64,000 nucleotides of DNA from Minutocellus sp. GHC0000111. Its lineage: Eukaryota. Of this stretch, positions 52,264 to 64,000 are shown in pieces (position 1 is the first letter of the stretch; every line of letters begins with the position of its first letter). A program made the translations under genes and the position numbers. The stretch covers positions 2,728,001 through 2,792,000 of the forward strand of contig OZ361257.1 of assembly GCA_977018835.1 (NCBI GenBank). The letters run 5' to 3'. The notes below the pieces were generated by a model. It worked only from the letters and a program-made list of their open reading frames with translations. It had not been told where the DNA came from and made no database searches.

Positions 52264-55156
52264 TATAAAGGAAGAGGAACGAAATGAGGTAGGTACCCTG
52301 TTAGAGACTCTTAAAACGAAAGGTCCAACGCGACCGCAAATCTAACGATGGAAAAAGTCACTTACCCATCTCGAATATTAATTTCCTCGTCGGTGAGACG
52401 CTGCAACTCTCCAGCGAATCCGGTATTGATTTTAAACGAATCAAAGCCATATTTATAGGGCAATACGACCAGAGGATTCTCCTTCAGCTTGATCAAAGCA
52501 TCGACCACAAATTGGATTTGATGATAGTTGAACCTGCCCTGGTCAAAGTTTTGCATGTAATATGCTGCATTTGCACCGTCAACGATGGCAGTGAATGGTT
52601 CTCCGGTTCGAGTGCTTTCGTTCAAGATGTCATGGCAATTGTCGTGTCATTACAAGAGAGAGAGAGAGAGAGAGAAAATTGAACAAAGGCACGAAAAATG
52701 GCCCATCGGTGAGTGACGACTAGCGCATACAGAGGGAAAAATCGGCAAAGCAAAGGGGGGAACAAAATGATACTCACTCGAGCCAATCTGCAAAGCGACT
52801 CATTTCTTCAACGGCCCGCCGAGCGTCTTCCTTCTCCTTTTGTTTGTTGCCTCTAGCAAATTTGGCAGTTTCAGAAGCGGCGAGCTTCGCTAGGCTTGCT
52901 CTCAGCTGCTTTCTCTGCTCTTCATCCAGCATAACTAGTCTCAGCCTTGCCTTCGTCCTTGGACAGACGCCGGTTTCGTGATCTACAGAGATCCGACTTG
53001 CAACGACTTCATCATGTTCAGCGACATCATTGAAAACACGCATTCCAGCCAGCGAATGCATCTCCTGTAAATTTCGCCCTTCGTGTTGATCCTTGAATCC
53101 AATAGCAAGAGCATTATACATCTTCCTTGCAGAGGCGGCAGTTATCTCCATGATATCTTCTGCCATTTCTGTTACAAGCTCATCGAACAATCCCAGGCCA
53201 CTTGTCTGGGAATAGCCAAGGTCAGTGGCAATGTCAATCGGCTCCGCATCTTCGCGGAAGCAGCCGTTCTCCGCAAGGGCTGATATCAGCATTACATAAT
53301 TCTCTGGCTCCAAATGAACTGTTTCTGTGTTCCTCATCCGCTTAAAGAGTTTGAGAGCCGAGCTCACCTCCCCACTTTGGCAATACAGGCTCAATATTGG
53401 AAGATAAGAACGAAGTCGGACGACCGTACCTTCTTTGGACGCAAATATTTCCAACAATTGTTCCGCTCCCTGAGCATCGCCCTTGGATATTAAGCCTTTT
53501 ACACGAAGCGAGGTGCTATTGTCAGTCGGCTCGTAGAGCATGTCGTGCCAAAGAGCAACTTCATCTTGGATATTCACACCATCATCTTTCTCCTCCTCCT
53601 CCTTTTCTTCAATAGCATCATCCTTGTTAGCACTCTCAGCGTCGTCCATACGTGTACCCGAAATACCACAAAAAAGCGAGCTGATTGAAGAAAACTTACT
53701 TCCCCCTCTGTGACTGTCTCTCCTCGCAAATGTAGAGAGCACTGATCCGCCGGTACTTACAACGTACAATATAGTGCTCATCAGGTCTTTGTGAGGCATC
53801 ATTCCAGATTCCTTTATCTTTTCCCACATGACTTCCACAGGGGCCGCCCTGGCACGTTTGGCGCAATTGGTCGCCAAGACCTGCACAGCTTTCTCAGCAA
53901 CTTCATATTGCTTGAGCGTTAGGCCAGTCTCTTCGAGAAAAGATGCTCTCTGCTTTTCTAGTTCGCTCCGGAACCGATGCCCAAATGATTCTTCCTGTCC
54001 GTCGCTCATGCCGCACGGCGCTACTGGTTCTGAACTGCAGGCCTGTCTAAGCGTTGGCAAATCATATGGGATAGTTCTCTGATTATTCAAAAGCCATTTG
54101 TAGACAGGACGGAGGAATTCTTGCTTCTCATCTTCTGTGGTATTCTTCATGCCCCTAGTCCTCATTTGAACAAATCTTTCTCTCTCAAGTTCTTCTCGCA
54201 TGAGAGTTTCGTACTGCTCGAATGTTTCCTTGTCGTAAGCATTTGGATTCACAGGTTCCGGTTCGAAATTGGCACCATCGTCTGTTGTATCGAATATCGA
54301 CCGGGCTCTTTCATTTGGCGGCGCAAGATTATAGTCTCCGGAAAAAATGGAAGCGCTGGTGCTACTGGGGCCGTCGATGCTGCTAGAAGTACCTCTGCCT
54401 CTGTCGCCATTGGTAGAAAATTCGTCTCCGCGTCTACTCGCTTCCCTAGGGCCGAATGAGGAACGATCTTGGTCAATATCATTTCGTCGTCCTCCGTCGG
54501 GGTCGGGGTAGTTGTCCAGCCTGTCAAGTAAGTTGGCCAAGGTCGACCCCATCCCACCTCGATTCATACTTGTGCCAATCTTGTCGGCCCGGCGCCTTTC
54601 AATCAAGTCATCTACCTCATCAAAGAAAGAAACGAACTTCTTTTCCCCGTTTGGCCGACTTCCTTCCCTTCCTCTTCTTGAACTCAACCGCCGGCCGTCT
54701 CTATCTTGGTTGTAGATGCTGCTCAGAGTTGGCCTTTGGTTGTCATTGTTTACAGTTGAGTTGTCATCCTCATCCACCAATAGACTGCTCAATGGTGGCA
54801 TGGGATTACTCTGAGATCTGGCATCATTCTGTCGCTGCCGCTCCCGCTCGTTCCGGGCGGAGGTTTCTCCCCACAGATCAAGAGGGGACTTGCGCACGGA
54901 CGTTTCATCCGTCGTGGGTCTACTCCGATATCTATAGTCGACACCATCGTCCGCAGTTGCAGCAGCCACGTCCTCCCCATTCCTCATGGCTCGCAACGCA
55001 GCAGCACTGTCCCGTGGGGTGTGATCGTCACCATCATCAAAAATGGACGAGGAAAATACTCGTGTTGTCAGAAGCACTTCTGGCTCGCAGATGACCAGCA
55101 GACAAACGTGATCGCAGCACCCGAGATGATGGTGCTCTCAAAGGAAGTCTCAACAT
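52264..55156 (-). pseudogene. PRORP: PRORP, S-form copy lacking exon 3
   Basis: Copy of 770-3662. Confidence 0.9.
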
Positions 55157-55512
55157 GTCGTCCGATACACTGCGTCAATAGTACGCCCAATGCACCAGCA
55201 TACACCCAAGCTATCTGGTTGGCAGATTTGTTGATTTGTTTTACGCACGGACGGACGGCGACGACGCGGCGGCTCCCCCGCACTCCATTATTTTTTAGTC
55301 GAATAAGTCAAGTAAGCAAATCAGTTGGTCTAAGCGCAAGAACAGCGCAAGGAAAAACATGTGACGCACCACAGTACGTGTTGCAGATGGTGCGTCGTCG
55401 CTCAACGAAGTGCTTGTTCTCGCTTTGCTCACATCATATTCTTTCCCGGACCTTCTCCCTTCCGCTACGTTACTGGCTAGACTAGAGCTATTAGCTGCAA
55501 CAATAGGAAACC

Positions 55513-57462
55513 ATGACCGAAACATCTGGATTCGACGTCGTAAGTTGCCTGCTCCTGTATTTCTCTGCGGCCCTTTTCCTACCGGTCGGTGATGTGCCGA
55601 TGTATCGGTTTTCACGGAAAATCTTTCTTGGATTCTTCTTTTTGTATGATGTGGTGTGGAACAAAGAGTCTTTGTGGGAGAGAAATGACTTTCTTGTCGC
55701 TGAGAGGCTATGGAGATGGTCCGTTTGCGCCAACTAAATGTCCAATGAGCACCAACTTGGTTGATACAAATCAACACTTGCGCTTGTTCTTTCACAGCGA
55801 CGAATTGGAATGGATCGGAATAATCGGACGCTAAAGAACAATGCCCTCTATTCCGAGATTCACCATTCCTGCATTTCTTGGCGATCCGATGGACCGTTCA
55901 TCTTTCTCCGTATACACTTCAACTATTTATTCTCAATGCACTATACTGATACTATATAATTTCCTCTTGTATTTTTCTGTCCGAACGCTCCCAATGATGT
56001 GTTGTATTGACTTTGCCAATGCCAATGCCAAATTAATGTCCATGAATCAACTTCCGCGGTACCATTTCTCAACGGATGGCGATGACAGGACGCCCCGACC
56101 CTCAATCGGTTCGTAATGGCCAACACTCGTGATCACGAGCTTGTGATCCTTCTCAACGCTATCGGTACCTCCTGCAAGCTCATTGCCTCGGCCGTCAAGC
56201 GGGCAGGTGTTGCTCAGCTCTATGTCCTTGCAGGTGAGGTGAACAGTACCGGCGATGACCAGAAGAAGCTCGACGTTATGTCCGATGACATGACGATCAA
56301 CGCCCTTGTCAACTCTGGAGTTTGCTCCGTCCTCGTTTCTGAAGAGAAGGAGGAGCCCATCATCGTCCCCAAGGAGAAGGCTGGCAAGTTCTGCGTCGCC
56401 TTCGATCCTCTCGACGGATCCAGTAACATTGACTGCAACGTCTCGGTCGGTACCATTTTCAGTGTTTTCGAAAAGAAGGAAGGATCCGAGGGAACCGTCG
56501 ATGATCTTCTCCGGTCTGGGGCTGAATGCGTCTGCGCTGGTTACTGTGTCTACAGTTCTGCCGTCGAGCTTGTCTTCACCTTCCAGGGCGGCGGAGTCCA
56601 CGGCTTCTGCCTCGACCCCGCCATCGGTGAGTTCATCCACACTCGTCTTGTTGTTCCTGTACTTGTGTCCGCTCTGGCACCAGAGATTCCGGCCGCTCAT
56701 TTATCTCGAGTGTCAAGGCTTGTCTCTGAAGCTCTCGGGGATAAAGATGTCGGTGGCGGTACCGATGCCACGATGGATTCCGCTGCTGCAGCACGATACG
56801 CCTCAGTAAGGAGTGCTGTGGCAGACTTTAATCGGGACATGCCAGTACCAGCCAATGAACTCGTCTACGGCGAACTCTCTGTGCCAACCCTTGGAAGAAT
56901 CTTAGATGCGGTTGGGTTGGAAGAGCAAGAAACATTTTTGGACGTAGGTTCTGGAGATGGCGCATGCGTTCTTGGGGCGTCCCTTCTATACAATCAAGAT
57001 GATTCCCTGGTAATACCCAAATGCATTGGGGTAGAGATTGTGCCTGGATTGGTCGATAGGTCAGAGCACCATGCTGAAAACTTGGCCGACATATTACAAA
57101 GAGAGAAGGGGAGTGGCAGCAGCTTGAGGCAAGCACAAGCTCAGGTTGAGTTTTTACTTGGTGATATTCACGATAGCAGTGATCGGGTGATGTCACGAGT
57201 TCTTTCGCAAGCAACGGTTGTGGTATGCTTCGCTACAACATGGTGTGCGAGCAATACAGAAACAGGCGACAAAACGTCCTTGCAAGGTCGAAGATTACCT
57301 AACCTCTCTCAGGCTCTATCGGCGTTGAAGAGAGGAGCCAGGGTCGTTATAATCGATGGCAAATTGAATTCTCGTGATGGCTTTGCTTGGCAAGGAGACT
57401 TGCGCATTGTTTGCCCGGATACAGCACCCTACTCTACCGCAACCTTGTACCATAAGCAATGA
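55513..57462 (+). CDS. Chimeric FBPase-N / DOT1-like methyltransferase, copy 5
   Basis: Same protein as 4019-5968. Confidence 0.88.
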
Positions 57463-58873
57463 TTATTTACTGACGGTCCACACATACAGCAATAGAGCTT
57501 CACTCATACTTTATTATCGCAGCTTTTTGGTATATATTACAAATCAGCAAAGAATGTCACTAGTAGGCGAACAGTAGTATATTACAAATCAGCAAAGAAT
57601 GTCACTAGTAGGCAGCAAAGAATGTCACTAGTAGCGGCTTTGTAGTATATATACACATACTGCAGCAAAGTGAGTCTGCTACGTAGATCACCTACCGGTA
57701 TGTAGCTACATTTAGGACATGAAAGTACGTACATTAGAACCTGTATGACAAGGATGATTGCTAAAATAAGGTCGTCACTCTTTGGTGATAAGTTACAGTC
57801 CAGTACTACATAAACTTCACATACCATGTGGCAGGCATGACCTTCAAGTCAGTTCCGTCACGGCTTTTCCCCGCGTCTCTTCCCTTGTCCATAAGGAGGA
57901 TGCTTGTTATACAAAATTTCAATGGCTGGATAATTCACTTTCCTAATTCCTTGATCCTCGTCTGTCTCCTCGCCCGGCGTCACATCGCTGGAGGAGCATT
58001 GGTCCGGCGTGAAGCACATTGCTGAACACACCGAGAGAAGGACTGAGTTGTCGCCCAATTCTCCACACGCAATCTCACTCCAAAATGAAGAATTTCGTCG
58101 GTGATAGTTGTGGCGTGGTCTGCTTCGCCCTCCTAGCTTCTTGGTATTGGTGTCGCCCTCTACAAAAGTGCGGGCGTCGTCGTCGTCGTCGTCGTCGTCG
58201 TCATTGTCGTCATTGTCGTCAATGGTGAGCGAATCTCCACAGAATACATGTATGGTCGATGGGAAGGATCGACAGGAAGACTCGTCGTAAGGGTCCTCTG
58301 GTGCCCTAAGGCGCGATTCCACGTAGTCTTTCCACATTGAGACTCAACTGTCACACGCAACAAGTAGACGGGATTCTTGTTTATTGCTACGTACTAGTAG
58401 CTTTTGATCGGATGTAGCCGAAACAGTGGAGCACTTCGCGTGTTGCTCGCAATCAATTAATTTGCTGAGGAAATGATCACTGAGCAGAGAGTGAAAATGG
58501 ATAGCCAAATAGCACGTGCGTGTGAGGCCACTTGCTGGTCATTGTGCTAACCTTCCAGGAGCTACTCCTAGCTACGTAGCTAGATACGAGAGTATGCAAG
58601 CTGCGCCATTGGCGGCTTTCGACTATGAAAGATCAAAGCACAAGATTCACTCGATTCATCAAAGATGCGCGCAAGCACCGAGCGCATCTTTGAAAAATGG
58701 CCCAACAACCAGGAGATTGGTAGAAACCTCTGAAATGAATGACGAATCGAATGAATCGAATCGAATGAATCGAATCGAATGAATCGAATCGAATGAATCG
58801 AATGAATCGAATCGAATGAATCGAATGAATCATCGAATGAATCGAATGAATCATCGAATGAATCGAATCGAAT

Positions 58874-61278
58874 AACATCTGGAAGCAGCCACAGCCCCAT
58901 CTCGTCTTGTTTCGCCGGTCGGATGAAGCGTTTTTCGGCAGAAGACGAACACGTCACGAAGAAACCCACCAAAACCCAATCTCGTTCGTCACCCATTCTT
59001 TGACCGTCCAACACCATGGTGGTCCGTCGGCGTTGCGCCGGCGTGTAACCATGTTTTCGCACCAAACACGCATTCATTGTCATGTTTGGACACAGTTGAA
59101 GCTCACTGCATCCTCAGATTGGCCTCCGCTGCGTGTCAACGCCACGAGCCATCGGCCTGCTTTTCCTCCATCTGTCGGCCGTTCGTTTCTCTGGGGTGGT
59201 GCCATTGCTCTCCGTCTTTGTGCTCGTCGTGCTCCCGTTGTGATGCCCCAGACCCTCTGGCACTTTCCCACGTTGTTGTTGATGACAAACTGCCGGGATT
59301 GCGCCGCACCCCCCGCATGGCCGACTCTCGCTGATCCCGACCGATGATCGCATCCCCACTCGACCTCCCGGATTTGTTGCGCCCGAGGAGAGACAGACAG
59401 TGTTGGGATAAGTTCATGCAACAATCAACCCGACAAAGGGACTTTTTGGTCTGGGAGACAAATGGGTGAGTTAAGAAGGACGTGATGTGTTTGTTTGGGT
59501 GTGCTGTTTGCTTTTTTGCTCAATCGCGATGCTGTCCCCCCGCCTCTCCTCGACCTTTGGATTGGATGCCCTCTCCTCAGCCTTGAACTGCGCCGTCTGT
59601 TGGGCCTCATGTCCCTTGACGCCCTGAGTCCGACGATCTTCCTTAACGCCCTCTTGGTGGGCTCGCTCCACAAACGATTCGTCGAGCCAACAGATGCCGC
59701 CCCATCCATTCTTCACTCTAGCCAAATGTGTTGGTCCAAGATGTGATCTTCGAGCAAGTGCCACTTTGGCGTCATGCCAATGCCGATTGCCCGTGCTTGC
59801 TTGAGGGCACTTGCAATCAATGCTTCAAGCTCTCTCACAGCCTTCTTTGCCTCATCATCCCATTTCATGCACCATTTCAGAAACCTGGAACATGTTGCGT
59901 CAAGAGTGTGGAGCAAATTAGAGCAAGCTTTGCAGAGCTCTTTGATGTCGTCATCCGTCATGCCATCTTCCTCGCGATTGTGCTCTAGGAGAGTTCCTTT
60001 GGTGGAGGTGTTGTGGTGGATGAACTCTGTTGTCCTTGGTTTCTTCTTGTTGTTGCCATCATCAGAAACATTAACAACAGACAAAGCTCTCCCCAGCACT
60101 CTGCCAGCACTGCCCTTGTTTCACCTGAGTCGGCCGCCTCAATGCCGGCCTTTTTCAGGAAATGGAAGTGAGGGGCATCGTCATCCTCGGCATCATCGAC
60201 AGCTCCCATCTCTGGCTCGCCATCACCGTGCTTCTGACGACTCTTCTCAAAGCACTGCTGCATGCATGCGCTTCATGTGCAGCGTCCTCTCTTGCAACAT
60301 CAGCTTCGTCCTCACAACAGGGCACACAGTCCTCGTCTTCGTCGTCATCGTCCTCACTGATCTCGCCGGCCTCCGTCGTGGTCAGGGTGCCCACCGTCCC
60401 AACATCGTCGTCGTCATTGTCCCACCCATCGCCCTGCCTGGCCATCACACCCACCAGGGAACTTCTGGGCCTCGAGCAACATCTGCCTGTTGACTTCGTA
60501 GTCCATCGCCGCATGTCCCACCGACACATGTGGTGCGACCGACTTGAGGAATGCATCACATGCCTTCGTCAAATTGAGCCGCGGCGGCGGCATTTCGAGG
60601 CGAAATTGTTGCTCGACCGTGACCACGTCGAAAGCCACATCCATCCATCATCATCATGGAGAGCGTCGGCTGCACGAGGATTGACAGAACCGAGGCGAAC
60701 AAATGTGCTCTTTTTGTGTGGGGTTCGCTGAACGTCGTCGGCAAGGCAGTGTCTTGACACCATTTCATCCCATCCATTCTGGTTGTCTGTCCTCACAAAA
60801 AACACGTCGCAGTGTGTCTTCGTCGTCGTGTGTTTCTTCTTCTTCAAACCCAAGATGCCCGCAGTGTGCACGACGGCGCCGCACATGATGGGACTGCATC
60901 CCAACACATTCATCAAGGAGTCGTTGTTGTTGCCGATGAAATTGTAGCAATGAAGTTCCTTTCTGCGAAGACGGACGAGTGGTTCAGCCAGGCAGGGCGT
61001 CCTGCACCGCAACTCTGTCTGCGGTGTTGACCGCGGGATTGCGGCCGTTGTTTTTTTGCTCATGGAGAGTTGTGGATCGAGACCAACGGGAACATCACCA
61101 GGATGTCGGGAGCACCTGGTTGGTCTCGTGCCGTAACTCTCCCACACCAGCGCGAGATGTCGCCTTCGTTCTGCACGCAGCGGCGGCAATTTGAATTTTT
61201 GCCGCCATGGTGGCTCGCGTTGGGCGCGCCGGTCGGTTGCTTCGCGCGCCGGCCGGCCACCGAAAGTGCGACCAAAAG
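58874..61278 (-). mobile_element. TpA-depleted transposon-derived block, copy 5
   Basis: Copy of 7372-9776. Confidence 0.55.
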
Positions 61279-61583
61279 TATGCGAGTCATCCGGCTGGCA
61301 GATGGTGCTGTGCTGACGCTGCTGCTGCAGCTGCTATCACAGGAATTCCTAGCTAGCAGCTGCGTGCCTAGGCCTAGGTGCCTACGAGGTCCGGGACAGC
61401 AATTTCGGGGACCCGGTTTTTTGGGTCTTTGGACTTTCCGACACGGCGGTTTGCGCGCACCTTGAAAAACACGCGGCAAAGCAAGCAAATCAAAACACAT
61501 CCGTCAACACCGACCTCCAAGCAATTACCACAAATAGACTGGGCAACTTCTGCCGACTGGCGCTTCAAGAAGCTTCCATACTC

Positions 61584-62720
61584 ATGGATACTCCAAAGGG
61601 ACACATCTTCAGTCCACCGCGTCCACCGAAACGCGCCGAGGCGACTGCATTCAGCCCCTCGCGCCATGAGAAGGAAACTTCCAACGAAACGCCGGAACAT
61701 CCGCGGTATCGAGAGAACAAGGACAACGATGACGAGGAGGACAACCAAGGGGTCCCACCGGCATCGTCAGACCTCACATCTCCTCGTGTGTTGAAATATC
61801 GACGCGAGTACAACGAAGAGGATGGCTTCGCCGCCGAACAAGCCCAAGCAAGGAAGTACTTGCATCATGACATATTGCGTGCCGACTTTCGCGGTACCGC
61901 TACCGTTTCATCTCATTCTGATGAAGATGATTCATTCTCAGAGATGAGCATAGCAACCGCCGACGCAAAGCCAAGCGGCGAGACGAGAAAGCCCGTGAGC
62001 TCATTCGACCTTCCCTCCGCCACGCCCATGGTAACAAGTCCAATGTCAGTTCATACTCAGTATGCTCTTACCCCAAGCCGCTCATGCCCGTCGTTCAGCA
62101 ACCTTCAATTGTCATCCCCTACCATCTTGGAGCCCTTGCCTCCAACCGAACCAATCGAACGACAGATTTAACGAGAGGTTGAGGAACATCGGAGGCTTGC
62201 GTGCTTTTTGACGTACGGAGAAGCACCACTACCACAAGATATAAAGAACTACAAGTCACCCACATGTAGTCAGAGGCCCGAACCAAGAAGAAAAGAGAAA
62301 GGGGTCTACCTCCCCTTCAAACAAGTTCCTGGTTGGGGTAGCGAGGTCGCGGTCACCACAATGCTAGGCATGATCGAAGTCGATCGCCAAGTAAGAGAGG
62401 GTCGTGGTGCCTACCCGAAAGGGTGGAGAAGCAGAGAACTCGGATTGTATGATAACAAGACAATAGAATTCTCTATTGCATTATCTACTGACAAGATTGC
62501 ATTAGATGCATATAAGTTGGGATATGAGGATGGGAGTAAACAACCAACTGCTCACCCTGCCCTCACTGACAATAAACTTGCCGATGCATATGGTGTGAAG
62601 CGCGGAAAGATTCGTCAGTCCCTCCACGCTGTGTGGCTTTCTAATGATCATAAGAAGGCCAAGGAGGCAAAAAAGAATACCGGTAGAAATAGAAGAACAA
62701 AGAAGCCCACCGTGATATAA
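61584..62720 (+). pseudogene. Hypothetical ORF with in-frame stop, copy 5
   Basis: Copy of 24934-26070. Confidence 0.6.
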
Positions 62721-62815
62721 ACAAACCAATGCTGCTGCATCTTACATGTAGATCTATAAATAATTTGTAGACGTGTAACATTTATTTAATACATGTGTAA
62801 AGACATTAACACTAT

Positions 62816-63196
62816 CTATTTATTAGAAGGATGACGAGCTGAGGGCTCCATCCCCTTGGCCGTTTCGTTGAAGTCGATCCTAATTCCAGTGTGCAAGTTT
62901 TCGTCACCCAACCTTCCAACAAACTCATTGCTACCACCGGCCTTAATCACCAGGCCCATTATCCTCCAGTACTGAATGAAGGCCGAAGCAATTTTGCAGT
63001 TAGGCATGCTATCGTAAACGTCCTCGGCAGTGTCCCAGATCTGGTCGGTGGAAATGACGGAGGTGCCTACCATTTTTCGTGCCCATTCCGAGTGCCGCCG
63101 GCTCATCGCGGGGAACACGCTCAAGTCAAGGACGTTGGCGTGAGGCATCTGCGGTGCCTGTGGCTGCCACGTCCAGCCTTGCTCAGCACAGAAGTT
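62816..63196 (-). pseudogene. Mariner transposase C-terminal fragment (S form)
   Basis: Copy of 389-769. Confidence 0.85.
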
Positions 63197-64000
63197 TATA
63201 AAGGAAGAGGAACGAAATGAGGTAGGTACCCTGTTAGAGACTCTTAAAACGAAAGGTCCAACGCGACCGCAAATCTAACGATGGAAAAAGTCACTTACCC
63301 ATCTCGAATATTAATTTCCTCGTCGGTGAGACGCTGCAACTCTCCAGCGAATCCGGTATTGATTTTAAACGAATCAAAGCCATATTTATAGGGCAATACG
63401 ACCAGAGGATTCTCCTTCAGCTTGATCAAAGCATCGACCACAAATTGGATTTGATGATAGTTGAACCTGCCCTGGTCAAAGTTTTGCATGTAATATGCTG
63501 CATTTGCACCGTCAACGATGGCAGTGAATGGTTCTCCGGTTCGAGTGCTTTCGTTCAAGATGTCATGGCAATTGTCGTGTCATTACAAGAGAGAGAGAGA
63601 GAGAGAGAAAATTGAACAAAGGCACGAAAAATGGCCCATCGGTGAGTGACGACTAGCGCATACAGAGGGAAAAATCGGCAAAGCAAAGGGGGGAACAAAA
63701 TGATACTCACTCGAGCCAATCTGCAAAGCGACTCATTTCTTCAACGGCCCGCCGAGCGTCTTCCTTCTCCTTTTGTTTGTTGCCTCTAGCAAATTTGGCA
63801 GTTTCAGAAGCGGCGAGCTTCGCTAGGCTTGCTCTCAGCTGCTTTCTCTGCTCTTCATCCAGCATAACTAGTCTCAGCCTTGCCTTCGTCCTTGGACAGA
63901 CGCCGGTTTCGTGATCTACAGAGATCCGACTTGCAACGACTTCATCATGTTCAGCGACATCATTGAAAACACGCATTCCAGCCAGCGAATGCATCTCCTG
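63197..64000 (-). pseudogene. PRORP: PRORP, S-form copy, partial at window edge
   Basis: Exon 2 and the end of exon 1 are identical to the other S copies. Confidence 0.88.

Larger units (their letters stand above)
1..64000. repeat. Large head-to-tail tandem array of ~14.8 kb (L) and ~10.9 kb (S) units, order S-L-S-L-S-S, extending beyond both window edges
   Basis: Near-identical ORFs recur: the 448-aa ORF at 4622, 19463, 30399, 45240 and 56116 (spacings 14841, 10936, 14841, 10876). Taking the fusion junction as the boundary, the units are <1-5152 S, 5153-19993 L, 19994-30929 S, 30930-45770 L, 45771-56646 S and 56647->64000 S. Confidence 0.98.

Overview
Eukaryotic DNA, probably from a diatom (inferred from GT-AG introns, a cytosolic-type FBPase sequence, PRORP and an ASAFAP-like targeting motif). 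The whole window is a near-identical head-to-tail tandem array with two unit forms: a long form (L, 14,841 bp) and a short form (S, about 10.9 kb) that lacks a 3,918-bp segment. The order is S-L-S-L-S-S. Every complete unit carries (i) an intact, spliced, in-frame chimeric gene joining the N-terminal ~195 aa of fructose-1,6-bisphosphatase to a DOT1-like SAM methyltransferase; its fusion point is probably the amplification breakpoint. Units also carry (ii) a divergently oriented protein-only RNase P (PRORP) gene that is disabled in every copy, (iii) a decayed Tc1/mariner-type DD38D transposase with a convergent accessory ORF, (iv) a ~2.4-kb transposon-derived block almost devoid of TpA dinucleotides, suggesting repeat-targeted TA->CA/TG hypermutation, and (v) several microsatellites and inverted repeats. 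All calls come from motif recognition and by-eye comparison; no database searches were run.
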